From Candidatus Bathyarchaeota archaeon (GTDB taxonomy: Archaea > Thermoproteota > Bathyarchaeia > TCS64), in NCBI GenBank assembly GCA_963769425.1, contig CAVYLP010000006.1, positions 512,001 to 576,000 of the forward strand: 64,000 nucleotides of DNA, written 5' to 3'. Positions within the stretch are counted from its first letter, which is position 1, and each line of letters begins with the position of its first letter. The notes beneath the pieces are model-generated. The model was given only the letters and a program-made list of their open reading frames with translations, was not told where the DNA came from and made no database searches. The translations under genes were made by a program, and so were the position numbers. This document shows positions 19,152 through 28,834 of this stretch, one piece after another.

Positions 19152-19517
19152 TTAGTAGAAGTGCTGGATCTCTATGACGTAGCCCTCCGGGTCCTTGAGC
19201 ATGAATTGACGGAGGTTCATCCCTGGCTCGTCATGGGGCTCGTTCATCGTTGAGACGCCAAGTTTCTTGAAGTGGGCGTACCACGCATCTACATCGGGGA
19301 CTAGTATTGTGACCATGACGGGTTTATCCCTGCTAGGCCTCAGGCTCCCCTTCTTACCGTCAACGAGCCCTACGTTTGCAGTATCTGTAAGCTTCAGTAT
19401 CTTTGCCCAGCCCTGGTCAACGATGACTTTGAGGCCCATAGTCTCGGTGTAGAATTTCGTGGCCTTCGCGAGGTCGTCGTAGTATAGGAAAGTGACTAGA
19501 CCGTCGATCTTCGGCAT
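19152..19517 (-). CDS. VOC/glyoxalase family protein
   Basis: DLAKATKFY...GL, VPDVDAWY, KDPEGYVIEI. Confidence 0.88.
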   Translation of the reverse strand: MPKIDGLVTFLYYDDLAKATKFYTETMGLKVIVDQGWAKILKLTDTANVGLVDGKKGSLRPSRDKPVMVTILVPDVDAWYAHFKKLGVSTMNEPHDEPGMNLRQFMLKDPEGYVIEIQHFY

Positions 19518-19825
19518 GTGACATATGTTCCTATTTTGTGCTCTTTAATTGTCTGTTTCTATTGCGTTATGATATGAGGTTAATTCGCTCTTTTAAGTTG
19601 TAACTTGGCCCCTATTTGGCCGGGGGGAGTTGGAGGCGTTAAACGTTCCTGTGGCTGGTTAATTACACCTCGCTACCCGACATGAGGAAAAATCATGGAA
19701 TGTGCTACCCTAACTAGGAATAACGTACTTAGTCCTTGATGGGGGGAAGCGGTTATATTCTTTTATCGGTGACTGACACTCGATAAGTGTTATAATTCCG
19801 GGTACCGTTGATCTCATTGATTTCT

Positions 19826-20695
19826 ATGGTGGATGAGCAGAAGGGTAGCGGTAATCTGAGGTGGGTCTCGACGGCTTGGCTGGAGGAGCACCTTGGAGAC
19901 GATCTGACGATTCTTGACACGCAGCCGGACTGCCACGACTACTTCCAGGCGCACGTCCCGGGAGCAGTGGCGTTGGAGGAGAAGACGCTGCGCGCCCCGC
20001 TGAGGGGGCTTCCCGCCGTCATACTCCGCCCCAGCTACGTCGCATCCCTATTCGGCAGGGTGGGGATAAGCAACGACAGACCGGTCGTCGTCTACACCGC
20101 CAAGGGTGGGTGGAAGGGCTGGGGGGACGGACTGGAGCAATGCATGGTCGCCTATGTCCTCCTCAGGATGGGGCACGGGAAGGTCTACCTCCTCGACGGC
20201 GGCATGGATAAGTGGATAGCCGAGGGGAGGAAGACGAGCCAAGTCTTCCCCAAAGTGAAGCCGGCCACGTTCAGACCCAAGCTCCGCGAGGACTTCTACT
20301 TAACCATGAAGGAGGTCAAGGAGTTTAAGGAGGAGAAGGGGGTCGTCCTCCTCGACGCACGTCCACCGAACATCTACAGGGGGGAGGCGGGGCCCTGGAT
20401 AAAATCGGGGCACATCCCCGGGGCCGTCAACCTCCCGTGGGCGAGCCTCATGGATGATAACAACAAGGCTCTGCTCAAGCCCGTGGCAGAGATCAAGAGG
20501 CTAGCCGATGCCATCGGTGCCACGAAGGAGAAGCGGATAATCTGCAGTTGCGGCACCGGCAGGGAGGCGACCAACGAGTTTACTATCTTCAGGCACCTCC
20601 TCGGGTACCCCAACGTCAAGGTCTATGAGGGGAGCTGGACGGAGTGGAGCAGCAGGCCGCGCAACCCCGTCGCCAAGGGGCCGAACCCGAGGTAG
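19826..20695 (+). CDS. Tandem-domain rhodanese (thiosulfate/3-mercaptopyruvate sulfurtransferase)
   Basis: WVSTAWL, HVPGAV, LDGG, DARP, GHIPGAVN, active loop CGTGRE, YEGSWTEW. Confidence 0.92.
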   Translation: MVDEQKGSGNLRWVSTAWLEEHLGDDLTILDTQPDCHDYFQAHVPGAVALEEKTLRAPLRGLPAVILRPSYVASLFGRVGISNDRPVVVYTAKGGWKGWGDGLEQCMVAYVLLRMGHGKVYLLDGGMDKWIAEGRKTSQVFPKVKPATFRPKLREDFYLTMKEVKEFKEEKGVVLLDARPPNIYRGEAGPWIKSGHIPGAVNLPWASLMDDNNKALLKPVAEIKRLADAIGATKEKRIICSCGTGREATNEFTIFRHLLGYPNVKVYEGSWTEWSSRPRNPVAKGPNPR

Positions 20696-20701
20696 AAGCT
20701 A

Positions 20702-22075
20702 ATGAGGCTAGAGGCTGTCAAGGACCGCGGCATCTCCCACATGAGCTACTACCTAAGCGAAGGTGGGGAGGCCGTCGTCGTGGACCCGAGGAGGGACGTT
20801 GAGGTCTACATTAACCTCGCTAAGGAGGACTGCGCCAAGATCAAGTACGTCCTCGAGACCCATCGGAACGAGGACTACGTCGTCGGCAGCCTCGAGCTCA
20901 AGAAGGTGTCTGGAGCAGAGATTTGCCACAGCAAGGACCTCCCATTCGGCTACGGGGACCACAACCTCACGGAGAACGAGGTCATCAGCATCGGGAGGCT
21001 AAGGATCAGGGCCATCGCCACACCGGGGCACACCTTCGACAGTTTCTGCTACGCCGTTGTGGACTCGAAGTTGGGGCAGGAGCCGACTATGGTCTTCACG
21101 GGGGACACCCTCTTCTCCGGTGACGTGGGGAGGACCGATCTCGCCGGGCCCGAGCATCAATCAAACCTCTCCGGGTTACTCTTCGACAGCCTCCACGATA
21201 AGATACTCCCCCTTGGGGACCAAGCCATCGTCTACCCAGCACATACGGCTGGCAGCATCTGCGGGAGCAGGATCAGCGACAGGGATGTGACCACTGTTGG
21301 CATCGAGAGGAAGACGAACTCACTCCTTAACCTTGACAGAAAGGAGTTCATAAGAAACAGGGTCGAGAATCGCATGCTCCGGCCCCCCTACTTCACCCGG
21401 ATGGAGGAGTGGAACCTCAACGGCCCACCCCTCCTTCGGTACGCCACAGAGCCCAAGCACATACAGATAACGGACTTCGACTCCCTCTGGAGGCAGCCCG
21501 ACATCATCGTCATCGACACGAGGAACCCGGACGCCTTCGCCGCGAGTCACATACCCGACTCACTCAGTATCTGGCTCGAGGGCTCATCCTATCACCCCGG
21601 CTGGGTAGTTGGCCACGACAAGAGAATAATCCTCGTCGTGGAGAGGAGAGAGGACGCGGAGAAGGCGACAGCGTACCTGAGGAGGATAGGGCTCGACAAA
21701 GTGGTTGGCTACCTCTGTCCAGGTATCGACGGATGGAGGAACAGGGGGCGCCTAACCGAGTCCTTCGGCGTCCTCACTGCCCAAGACCTGAAGGACGTCC
21801 TCGGCAGGGATGCCGTGACCCTCATTGATGTTCGTGACCCAGAGGAGTACGCCTCGGGACACATACCTGGGGCCGCCAACATTTACGTAGGTAACATAGA
21901 TGCGGAGGCGGGAAACATCTCAGGCGAGAAGCCGGTCGTCGTCACCTGCAGCTGGGGCGGCAGGGCGAGCCTAGCCACCAGCATTCTGAAGCGCCGCGGC
22001 TTCAAGACCGTATCCAATCTCCTCGGTGGGATGAATGCTTGGAGGTCCCTGAACTACCCTCTCGAGAAGAGTTGA
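20702..22075 (+). CDS. MBL-fold (persulfide dioxygenase-like) domain fused to two rhodanese domains
   Basis: VVDPRRD, ETHRNEDY, TPGHT, FTGDTLF..DVGRTDL, PAH; C-terminal rhodanese loop CSWGGRA. Confidence 0.88.
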   Translation: MRLEAVKDRGISHMSYYLSEGGEAVVVDPRRDVEVYINLAKEDCAKIKYVLETHRNEDYVVGSLELKKVSGAEICHSKDLPFGYGDHNLTENEVISIGRLRIRAIATPGHTFDSFCYAVVDSKLGQEPTMVFTGDTLFSGDVGRTDLAGPEHQSNLSGLLFDSLHDKILPLGDQAIVYPAHTAGSICGSRISDRDVTTVGIERKTNSLLNLDRKEFIRNRVENRMLRPPYFTRMEEWNLNGPPLLRYATEPKHIQITDFDSLWRQPDIIVIDTRNPDAFAASHIPDSLSIWLEGSSYHPGWVVGHDKRIILVVERREDAEKATAYLRRIGLDKVVGYLCPGIDGWRNRGRLTESFGVLTAQDLKDVLGRDAVTLIDVRDPEEYASGHIPGAANIYVGNIDAEAGNISGEKPVVVTCSWGGRASLATSILKRRGFKTVSNLLGGMNAWRSLNYPLEKS

Positions 22076-22112
22076 TCTAAGAGGGTTAAATCCCGCGGTT
22101 CAAAACTGTGGA

Positions 22113-22589
22113 GTGATGACTATGGTTGAAGTAGGCGTCAAGGTTCCAGAGTTCACACTCTTCGACTACGAGCTGAAGAAGCGTAGCCTCAAGGAGTTTA
22201 GGGGAAAGAAGCTGGTTCTCGCCTTCTTCCCAGGGGCTTACACAGGGGTCTGCGATAAGGAGATGTGCACCCTTCGAGACGCGTTGGCGAAGCTGGGTAA
22301 GTTAGATGCCCAGGTTATTGCCGTGAGCGTGAATGACCCATTCGCCCTGAAGGGCTTCCACGAGGATAACGCCCTAAACTTCCCCCTACTCAGCGACTAC
22401 ACCCGCGAAACCGTCAAGGCCTACGGGGTAGAGCTACCCGACTTCGCGGGGCTCAAGGGATACACCGTCGCCAAGAGGAGCGTCTTCATACTCGACGCCG
22501 ACGGCGTACTCAAGTGGAAATGGGTATCCAATGACCCAGGGGTTGAGCCCGACTACACCGAGATCGAGAGGCAGCTCAAGAAGTTCTGA
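22113..22589 (+). CDS. Peroxiredoxin (BCP/AhpE-like)
   Basis: FFPGAYTGVCDKEMC (PxxxTxxC), FPLLSD, KRSVFILD. Confidence 0.92.
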   Translation: MMTMVEVGVKVPEFTLFDYELKKRSLKEFRGKKLVLAFFPGAYTGVCDKEMCTLRDALAKLGKLDAQVIAVSVNDPFALKGFHEDNALNFPLLSDYTRETVKAYGVELPDFAGLKGYTVAKRSVFILDADGVLKWKWVSNDPGVEPDYTEIERQLKKF

Positions 22590-22653
22590 GCGGGGCTAAA
22601 AACGGGCCAAATTTTATTAAGATACACTCCTCAGCGTACATGAGGTTCTATAA

Positions 22654-23004
22654 ATGAGGAGTTATGTCAGAATCTACGGCCCGCCGCTTCTCAAGGCCCT
22701 CAGGGCCCTCGAGAAGTTGGCGATCAGCACGTCGGAGGTGTGCATCATGGACTCGATGATCGAGACGGCTGCGCCCCAGTTCAACACGCAGGAGGGTATC
22801 ATGAATTACTTCTCGGCCGTCGGTGGCATCCCGGAGAAGCGCTGCGGCACGATACTCGCCAAGAGCGGTATAAAGATGGGTGACGTCGACTTCGTCTTCG
22901 AGTGGTTCAAGGAGCCGAAGGTCGAGCAGATCAACATGCTCATCGGGCAGATTGATGAGGTGTTGGCGCCGCTCGGCGTACAGTACACCATTGCAACGAA
23001 GTGA
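22654..23004 (+). CDS. Hypothetical protein
   Basis: Clean ORF with GAGG RBS and typical codon usage, followed by a T-rich tract. Confidence 0.75.
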   Translation: MRSYVRIYGPPLLKALRALEKLAISTSEVCIMDSMIETAAPQFNTQEGIMNYFSAVGGIPEKRCGTILAKSGIKMGDVDFVFEWFKEPKVEQINMLIGQIDEVLAPLGVQYTIATK

Positions 23005-23059
23005 GGGGGCTTTCCTCTCTTCTTTTTTTAGAATCCCCCAATAGATAGAGCGTACTGAT

Positions 23060-24442
23060 TTATTGGCTGTTTTGCCCCGGTTTCTGGAGGTGCCAGACGC
23101 ACCGCTGCACGACCTCGGATAGGGCCGGATGGATGTGCATCGAGTCCACGAGGGGGTAGACCGAGCCGTCGCCCGCGTTCATCGCGACTATGACCTCGTG
23201 TATGAGGATGGGGGCCTGTGGGCCGACTATGTGGCAGCCGAGTATCTTGTATGTCTTCTCCTCGACGAGCATCTTAACGAAGCCCTCCTTATCCCCCATC
23301 GCGTCGCCGTATGCCGTATCTGAGAATGGGTAGACGCTGACGAGGTACTTCAGACGGCGCTTAGCGGCCTCCTCTTCGGTTATGCCCACGCCGGCGACCT
23401 CGGGCCAGCTGAAGACCGCGTAGGGGACCTTGTCGTAGTCGAGCGCTTGCCTGTGGCCGTCCTCGTAGGCGTGCCAAACGAGCTCTGCCTCCCTGTTTGC
23501 CACGTGTTTGAACATGGCCTTTCCCGTTGCGTCACCGAAGGCCCAGATGCGGGGCTTCGAGGTCTCGAAGAACTCGTTCACGGTGATGTAGCCGCGGTCA
23601 TCCGCCTTCACCCCTGTTTTCTCGGTCTTGAGGATGTCTGAGTTTCCCCTGAGGCCCGAAGCTATGAGGAGGGTTTCGGCCTCTATGGTCTTCTCGCCCT
23701 TCGCATCGGCGACGGTCACCGCTTTAATTCCCCTCATTTCGGTGACGCTCTTCACCTCGGTGGATGTGAGGATGCTCATGCGTGTGCCCAGGGCTCGTGT
23801 GATGGTCTCGCCTATCTCTGGCTCGGTTTGGCGGAGGAGGGTTGGACTTCGGCTGATTATCGTGACCTCAGCACCGATGGCGCTGAAGAAGTGGGCGAGC
23901 TCGCACGAGATGTACCCCCCGCCTGCTATGATCATGCTCCTCGGCGGAGCCTCTAGGTCGAAGACGTTCCTGTAGGTGAGGTACGGCACGTTCTCGATGC
24001 CCTTGATCGGGGGAATCTCCGGTCTCGCCCCGGATACGAGAAAGATATCCTTCGCCTCGATGGTGTCCTCCCCCACCTTCATCTTATAGTCGCCGACGAA
24101 TTCGCCCTGCAACGGGTAGTAGGTTAAGTTAGGGACCTTTGATACGCTCTCCTCCATGTGGTGCCTATCGTGGCCGACGCTGGCGCGCATCCTCTCCATG
24201 ATGGCTTTGAAGTCTATCTTGTCGATGGTCGCTTTGACGCCGAGGGCGGAGACACGTCTCGCTTCCTGGACGACGTCAGTGGGGTAGATTATCATCTTGC
24301 TGGGGATGCAGCCCCTGTTGAGGCAAGTGCCGCCGAGTGGGTCCTTGTCGACGAGGGCTACCCTGAGCCCCTTGTTTATTGCACCCTCAACGATGGTCAT
24401 GCCTGAGCCGGAGCCGACCACGAGGACGTCGAAGCGCTCCAT
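23060..24442 (-). CDS. Class-I pyridine nucleotide-disulfide oxidoreductase (dihydrolipoamide dehydrogenase/mycothione reductase-like)
   Basis: GSGSG FAD motif, GGTCLNRGCIPSK, GGGYI, C-terminal HIHPALSE. Confidence 0.9.
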   Translation of the reverse strand: MERFDVLVVGSGSGMTIVEGAINKGLRVALVDKDPLGGTCLNRGCIPSKMIIYPTDVVQEARRVSALGVKATIDKIDFKAIMERMRASVGHDRHHMEESVSKVPNLTYYPLQGEFVGDYKMKVGEDTIEAKDIFLVSGARPEIPPIKGIENVPYLTYRNVFDLEAPPRSMIIAGGGYISCELAHFFSAIGAEVTIISRSPTLLRQTEPEIGETITRALGTRMSILTSTEVKSVTEMRGIKAVTVADAKGEKTIEAETLLIASGLRGNSDILKTEKTGVKADDRGYITVNEFFETSKPRIWAFGDATGKAMFKHVANREAELVWHAYEDGHRQALDYDKVPYAVFSWPEVAGVGITEEEAAKRRLKYLVSVYPFSDTAYGDAMGDKEGFVKMLVEEKTYKILGCHIVGPQAPILIHEVIVAMNAGDGSVYPLVDSMHIHPALSEVVQRCVWHLQKPGQNSQ

Positions 24443-24478
24443 GGCTCTGGGAGTGGAGGGGCGGATAAAATAGGTTGT

Positions 24479-25714
24479 CTACTCCAGCTTTACGGCGCCG
24501 TACTTGTTGTAGTAGTCGAGCCAGAGCCTCTTCATCTCGGGGTCAAGGCCATCCTTGATGAGGCCGTAGATTGTTTTAATGTTCTGTATGCTGAAGACCT
24601 TGATTCCGAGGGTTTCCTCGATGCTCTCGCTTGGGGTCTTCTCCTCTATGTGCTCGGCGTCACCCATCTTCTCCTGCCTGTCGACGGCGATGACTAGGCC
24701 CACGACTTTGTGGTCCTCCAGCAGGTGGAGCTTCTCGAACGTGTCGATCTTCGTGGCGCCTGTGGTGATGGTGTCGTCGACGACGAGGATGCGCTGCCCT
24801 GGCTTGTAGTAACCGGCGCCGACGATTACCTTGTCGGCGGTCATGTCGCCGTAGCTCTTCTCCTCCTTCCTGTCGTACATGAAGCGCTTCTTCATGCCGT
24901 AGAGTTCGCGGAGCCCCTCGCAGGTAAGGGCTGCTAGGCTGATGCCCTTGTAGCTGGGGCCGAAAACGTAGTCGAAGTCGTGTATCTCACCCTTCTCGAC
25001 CTGCAGGGCGATGTAGCTTGCGAAGGCCCACTTAAGCTTGGCGAGGCTCTCGCCGTCTGTGAGGGCGCCGAGGTTTACGAAGTAGGGGCTCTTGCGTCCG
25101 CTCTTCAGCGTGAAGGGCTCCTTGGGGGTGGGCTGGAACCGGAGTGCGCCACCCTTCACGAGGGCGTCGAGGAGGACTCTCTCTATCTTCTCTTGGCTGA
25201 CCAACCCGCTGCCCTCCATAGCGATTCCGTCTTTGGTGAGTTGTTCGAGTATAGGGCCGTAGTAGGTGACGCTACCACAGTATGTACAGTTGAGCTTCGT
25301 CTCCTCGATTCTTTCACCTTTCTCGACCTTGAAGATGGTCTTGGGGGGCGTGTAGGGAGTGTTCGTCGGGCAGAGGGGGTTGGGGCACCTGAAGATGCCC
25401 TCGACCTGTTTCGGGAGTTGTATCTTCCTCTTCTCTTTTACGTCCCAGTCCTGGATTATGTTCAATGTGGCATCTGGGGCCAGGAATGCTATGAGGTCTA
25501 TCTGCCTGTTAGTTAGGTACGTGCCCTCGACCTTAATGAGGTCCTTACGTCCCATCGTCTTACTGTCCACGTTTTGTGCTATGAATGCCTGAGCATCCGG
25601 CTCTATCTTCAGAAGGCGAAGTATTTGGAAAGCTTTCCCCGCGGGGATGTGATCTATGACGATGCCGTTGTCTATCTTACTGACGAGGAGCTCCCGCTTG
25701 CTCGTAGAATCCAC
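24479..25714 (-). CDS. pyrI-pyrE: Fusion of aspartate carbamoyltransferase regulatory subunit (PyrI) and orotate phosphoribosyltransferase (PyrE)
   Basis: LLVSKIDNGIVIDHIPAG, KDLIK, CPNPLC...CTYC, continuing in frame into FTLKSGRKSPYFVN, DRKEEKSYG, VVDDTITTG; start estimated at GTG 25714. Confidence 0.9.
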   Translation of the reverse strand: MDSTSKRELLVSKIDNGIVIDHIPAGKAFQILRLLKIEPDAQAFIAQNVDSKTMGRKDLIKVEGTYLTNRQIDLIAFLAPDATLNIIQDWDVKEKRKIQLPKQVEGIFRCPNPLCPTNTPYTPPKTIFKVEKGERIEETKLNCTYCGSVTYYGPILEQLTKDGIAMEGSGLVSQEKIERVLLDALVKGGALRFQPTPKEPFTLKSGRKSPYFVNLGALTDGESLAKLKWAFASYIALQVEKGEIHDFDYVFGPSYKGISLAALTCEGLRELYGMKKRFMYDRKEEKSYGDMTADKVIVGAGYYKPGQRILVVDDTITTGATKIDTFEKLHLLEDHKVVGLVIAVDRQEKMGDAEHIEEKTPSESIEETLGIKVFSIQNIKTIYGLIKDGLDPEMKRLWLDYYNKYGAVKLE

Positions 25715-25813
25715 CCGGTTCAATCCCGTGGCAGATATGTAAAAACTTATCTGATGCCCGCTGGGGGTTTGAGGGTTTAAATTAGTGGTCCGCATTGGTA
25801 TCGGCGAGCCCCG

Positions 25814-27013
25814 TTGAAGCCGGAGACTCGAGAATACGTCCTGATGATCATCGGCGGGACGCTGACTATGTCCGCGGGAGGCATAGTGCAGCCGGTCTTC
25901 GCTCAGTTCGTGAGCTGGGAGTTCTCTGCACCAATCTTTCTCGTCGGACTCGCCGTTTCCGGTTACTTCGTCGTGAGGATGCTGGCGGAGTTCCCGATCG
26001 GAGTGCTGAGCGACAAGATCGCGCTGAGGAAGCTCCTCATTGCGGGCGTTTCTTCGGGATCGCGGGCGCCATAGCCTGCTACTTTACGAGCAACATCTAG
26101 GTCCTGATCGTGGCACGTGCCCTCTGGGGGTTGGGGGACGTGAGCTTCTTCTGCATAGGCATGACCTATGTAGGGAGCCTTCCCAAATACAACGAGGGGG
26201 AGGTACCTTGGCATCTTCCAAGCGGTGGAACTGACGGGAAGCTTTCTGGGTCAAACGGCTGGTGGGTTTCTCGCCTCAGCAATCGGGATTCGACCCGACT
26301 TCTTGGTCAGCACCGCCGTGGGTTTCACGGCTCTAGGTGTTGTGTTTTTTATTCGTGGCAGTGGGTCGCAGCCGAAGCTCGGTCGCCTTTCCTCATTACT
26401 GCCAAGCCGCTCTGTTTTTAATCGGTTGTTTAACAGGACCCTAGTCGCGTGCTGCCTCATCAACTTCGTCTGTATGACGATGAATAATGGTCTCATGTGG
26501 ACACTGATGCCTCTTTATGCGACTGGGCAGCTTGCCTTCAGCCTTGCCGGTTATGGAGTCCTTGTTTCTTTGAGCACTATATGGAATGTCTTCGGGAGCT
26601 TCTCAGGGGGACTCTCTGACAAGTTCGGGAGGAGAAGGGTGTTAGCCGGTGGGTTCGTTATTGGAGCACTCAGTTTAATCGGCCTTGCCTTAACGGCTTC
26701 GTTTGATGCGATGCTTCCACTTATGTTCGTGAATGGGCTTTTCTGGGGGATAGTTTATGGTGTGACGCCTGCCTTCATAGCGGACTCAGTCCCTGGTGAA
26801 TACAGAGGTATGGCCATCGGTACCTACTGTACATTCTTCGACTTCGGGGGGGTTGCTGGTCTTATTATTTACTCCTCTTTATTGACATTCGTGAGCCCAC
26901 CCTTCGGTTACGTTCTGGCGTTCTATTTTGGAGCAGCGACCCTAATGCTCAACTTATTGCTCGTACTTCAATTGAAGGAAAATTTGAAACCTCAGGATAT
27001 CGGTTCTGCGTAA
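25814..27013 (+). pseudogene. MFS transporter pseudogene
   Basis: GVLSDKI and GGLSDKFGRRR motifs are spread over three frames: frameshift near 26050, in-frame TAG at 26098-26100, second frameshift near 26200. Confidence 0.8.
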
Positions 27014-27032
27014 AACGCTAATGAAAATCTTG

Positions 27033-27809
27033 TCACCAGGCTGTATAGCCTCCATCGATCAGGATTGTCGATCCTGTCACGTAGCTGGAGGCTTCCGAGG
27101 CGAGAAATATCGCAAGTGGCGCTAATTCCTCTGGTTTACCGGGGCGTCTCATGGGTATGCTCTCTATCCAAGTGGGGCCATACGCGGGGTCGTCGAAGGC
27201 TTTGTGAGTCATCGCGGTGTCCATGTAGCCAGGAGCGATAGCGTTGACCCTGATGTTATATGGCGCCCATTCGACGGCGAGGCTCCTAGTAAGATGGATG
27301 ACGGCGGCTTTGGAGGTGTTGTAGCTAGCTTGCGGCTGAGGGTGGTTTACTATGTAGCCTGACATGGAGGCTATGTTGATGATGCGGCCTCTTCGCTGCT
27401 TTATCATCTGACGCCCTGCGGCTTGGCTGCAGTAGAATAACCCATTGAGGTTGACGTTGATGACGTCTTCCCAGTCCTTCTCTGTTACGGACTCGGCTGG
27501 GCACCATTTCGTGATGCCCGCATTGTTCACAAGGAAATCTAAATGCCCGAATCGCTCAACTGTCTTCTCAACCATCGCCTCAATGCTTAATCGGTTCTTC
27601 ACATCGGTCTCGACGAAGAGGGCCTCACCGCCGTTTGTTTCGATCTCCTTGGTGGTCTCTGGGCCTGTGTCTGGGTTGAGTTCAGCGACTACAACTTTGG
27701 CCCCCATTTCAGCGAATGCTAGGCTGAATACCTTGCCGAGTCCTTGTCCTCCGCCCGTGACTACGCCTATTTGTCCCTTTAATGAGAACTTGTCTAATAG
27801 AGCTCCCAC
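27033..27809 (-). CDS. SDR oxidoreductase (sugar/polyol dehydrogenase-like)
   Basis: TGGGQGLG, NNAGI, ASMSG, YNTSK, NAIAPG, DGGYTAW. Confidence 0.92.
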   Translation of the reverse strand: MGALLDKFSLKGQIGVVTGGGQGLGKVFSLAFAEMGAKVVVAELNPDTGPETTKEIETNGGEALFVETDVKNRLSIEAMVEKTVERFGHLDFLVNNAGITKWCPAESVTEKDWEDVINVNLNGLFYCSQAAGRQMIKQRRGRIINIASMSGYIVNHPQPQASYNTSKAAVIHLTRSLAVEWAPYNIRVNAIAPGYMDTAMTHKAFDDPAYGPTWIESIPMRRPGKPEELAPLAIFLASEASSYVTGSTILIDGGYTAW

Positions 27810-27856
27810 GTGGAGTTCACCTAATATATTTGTGCCTATCTTGTTGAAAAGGTGAG

Positions 27857-28726
27857 CTAGTCCGCATCGCTGTGAGCTCTTGGTGGCTCGACGTGTATAG
27901 TGAGGCTGACCTCGGGGAGCTCCTTGTGGAGATCCTCTTCTAGGTGTTTAGTGAGGTCATGGGCCTTCTGAACGGTAATGTTGGGGTCCACGGTGAGGTG
28001 GAGTTCGGCGAATACTTTGTTCCCACTTCTTCGGGTCTTCACATTGTGGTAGTCGACGAACTCTGGGTGATGCTCATTGAGGAGTTCCTCGATCTTCCGC
28101 TGCTCTTCATCCGCAGCCTGGTCGAGCAGACCGCTGCCCGCCTTTAACACTAGGTCGGTTCCCATCTTGAAGACTAATATCGCCACTACAAGAGCGAGGA
28201 GTGGGTCTAGTATCGTCCATCCCGTGAGGCTCGCTATGAATAGACCGATGACAACGCCGATTGATGAGACGACGTCGGAGAGTAGGTGTTTTGCGTCGCC
28301 TTCGAGTGCCATCGAGCCATGTTTCTTGGATGATCTCATCAGGTACATCGAGAGACCGGCGTTTGTGGCTGTTGCGAGGATAGAGATAGCTAGTGCGAGA
28401 TCTAGGCTACCTAGCTGAACGGGGTTGAAGAGCCTACCTATCGCTGTGTAGGCGATTAGTAAGCCGGCTACTATGACGAGTGCCCCTTCAATGAAGGCGG
28501 AAATGTTCTCGACCTTCTGGTGACCGTAAGGATGATCCATGTCCGCGGGTGTTCCTGAGATGCGTACGGAGATGACCATCATGAAGGAGGCGATGATGTT
28601 CACTATCGACTCCAGGGCGTCGGATAATAGGGCTACGGATCCAGAGAGGAAGAATGCGGCTAACTTAAGGCAGAATACGATGAAACCGCCGATGACGGCC
28701 ATCGTAGCTGACTGGTTCTTACTCAC
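27857..28726 (-). CDS. Cation diffusion facilitator (FieF-like)
   Basis: SVALLSDALES, HPYGHQKVE, HLLSD and a C-terminal dimerisation domain. Confidence 0.92.
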   Translation of the reverse strand: MSKNQSATMAVIGGFIVFCLKLAAFFLSGSVALLSDALESIVNIIASFMMVISVRISGTPADMDHPYGHQKVENISAFIEGALVIVAGLLIAYTAIGRLFNPVQLGSLDLALAISILATATNAGLSMYLMRSSKKHGSMALEGDAKHLLSDVVSSIGVVIGLFIASLTGWTILDPLLALVVAILVFKMGTDLVLKAGSGLLDQAADEEQRKIEELLNEHHPEFVDYHNVKTRRSGNKVFAELHLTVDPNITVQKAHDLTKHLEEDLHKELPEVSLTIHVEPPRAHSDAD

Positions 28727-28834
28727 CCTTTTACACCTAACGGTAGCTTAGTCTCTCCCCAAGGCGTGGTAAAAAGATTGTTATCTTCCAAATCCATAAG
28801 AGGGATATAGGAAATACAAGGGTGTAGTGCTGGG

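Noticed and set aside
26098-26100. Pyrrolysine readthrough of TAG (and selenocysteine at TGA 57744)
   Set aside because: Both stops sit at probable Trp codons in genes that also carry frameshifts; ordinary TGG decay is the simpler explanation.
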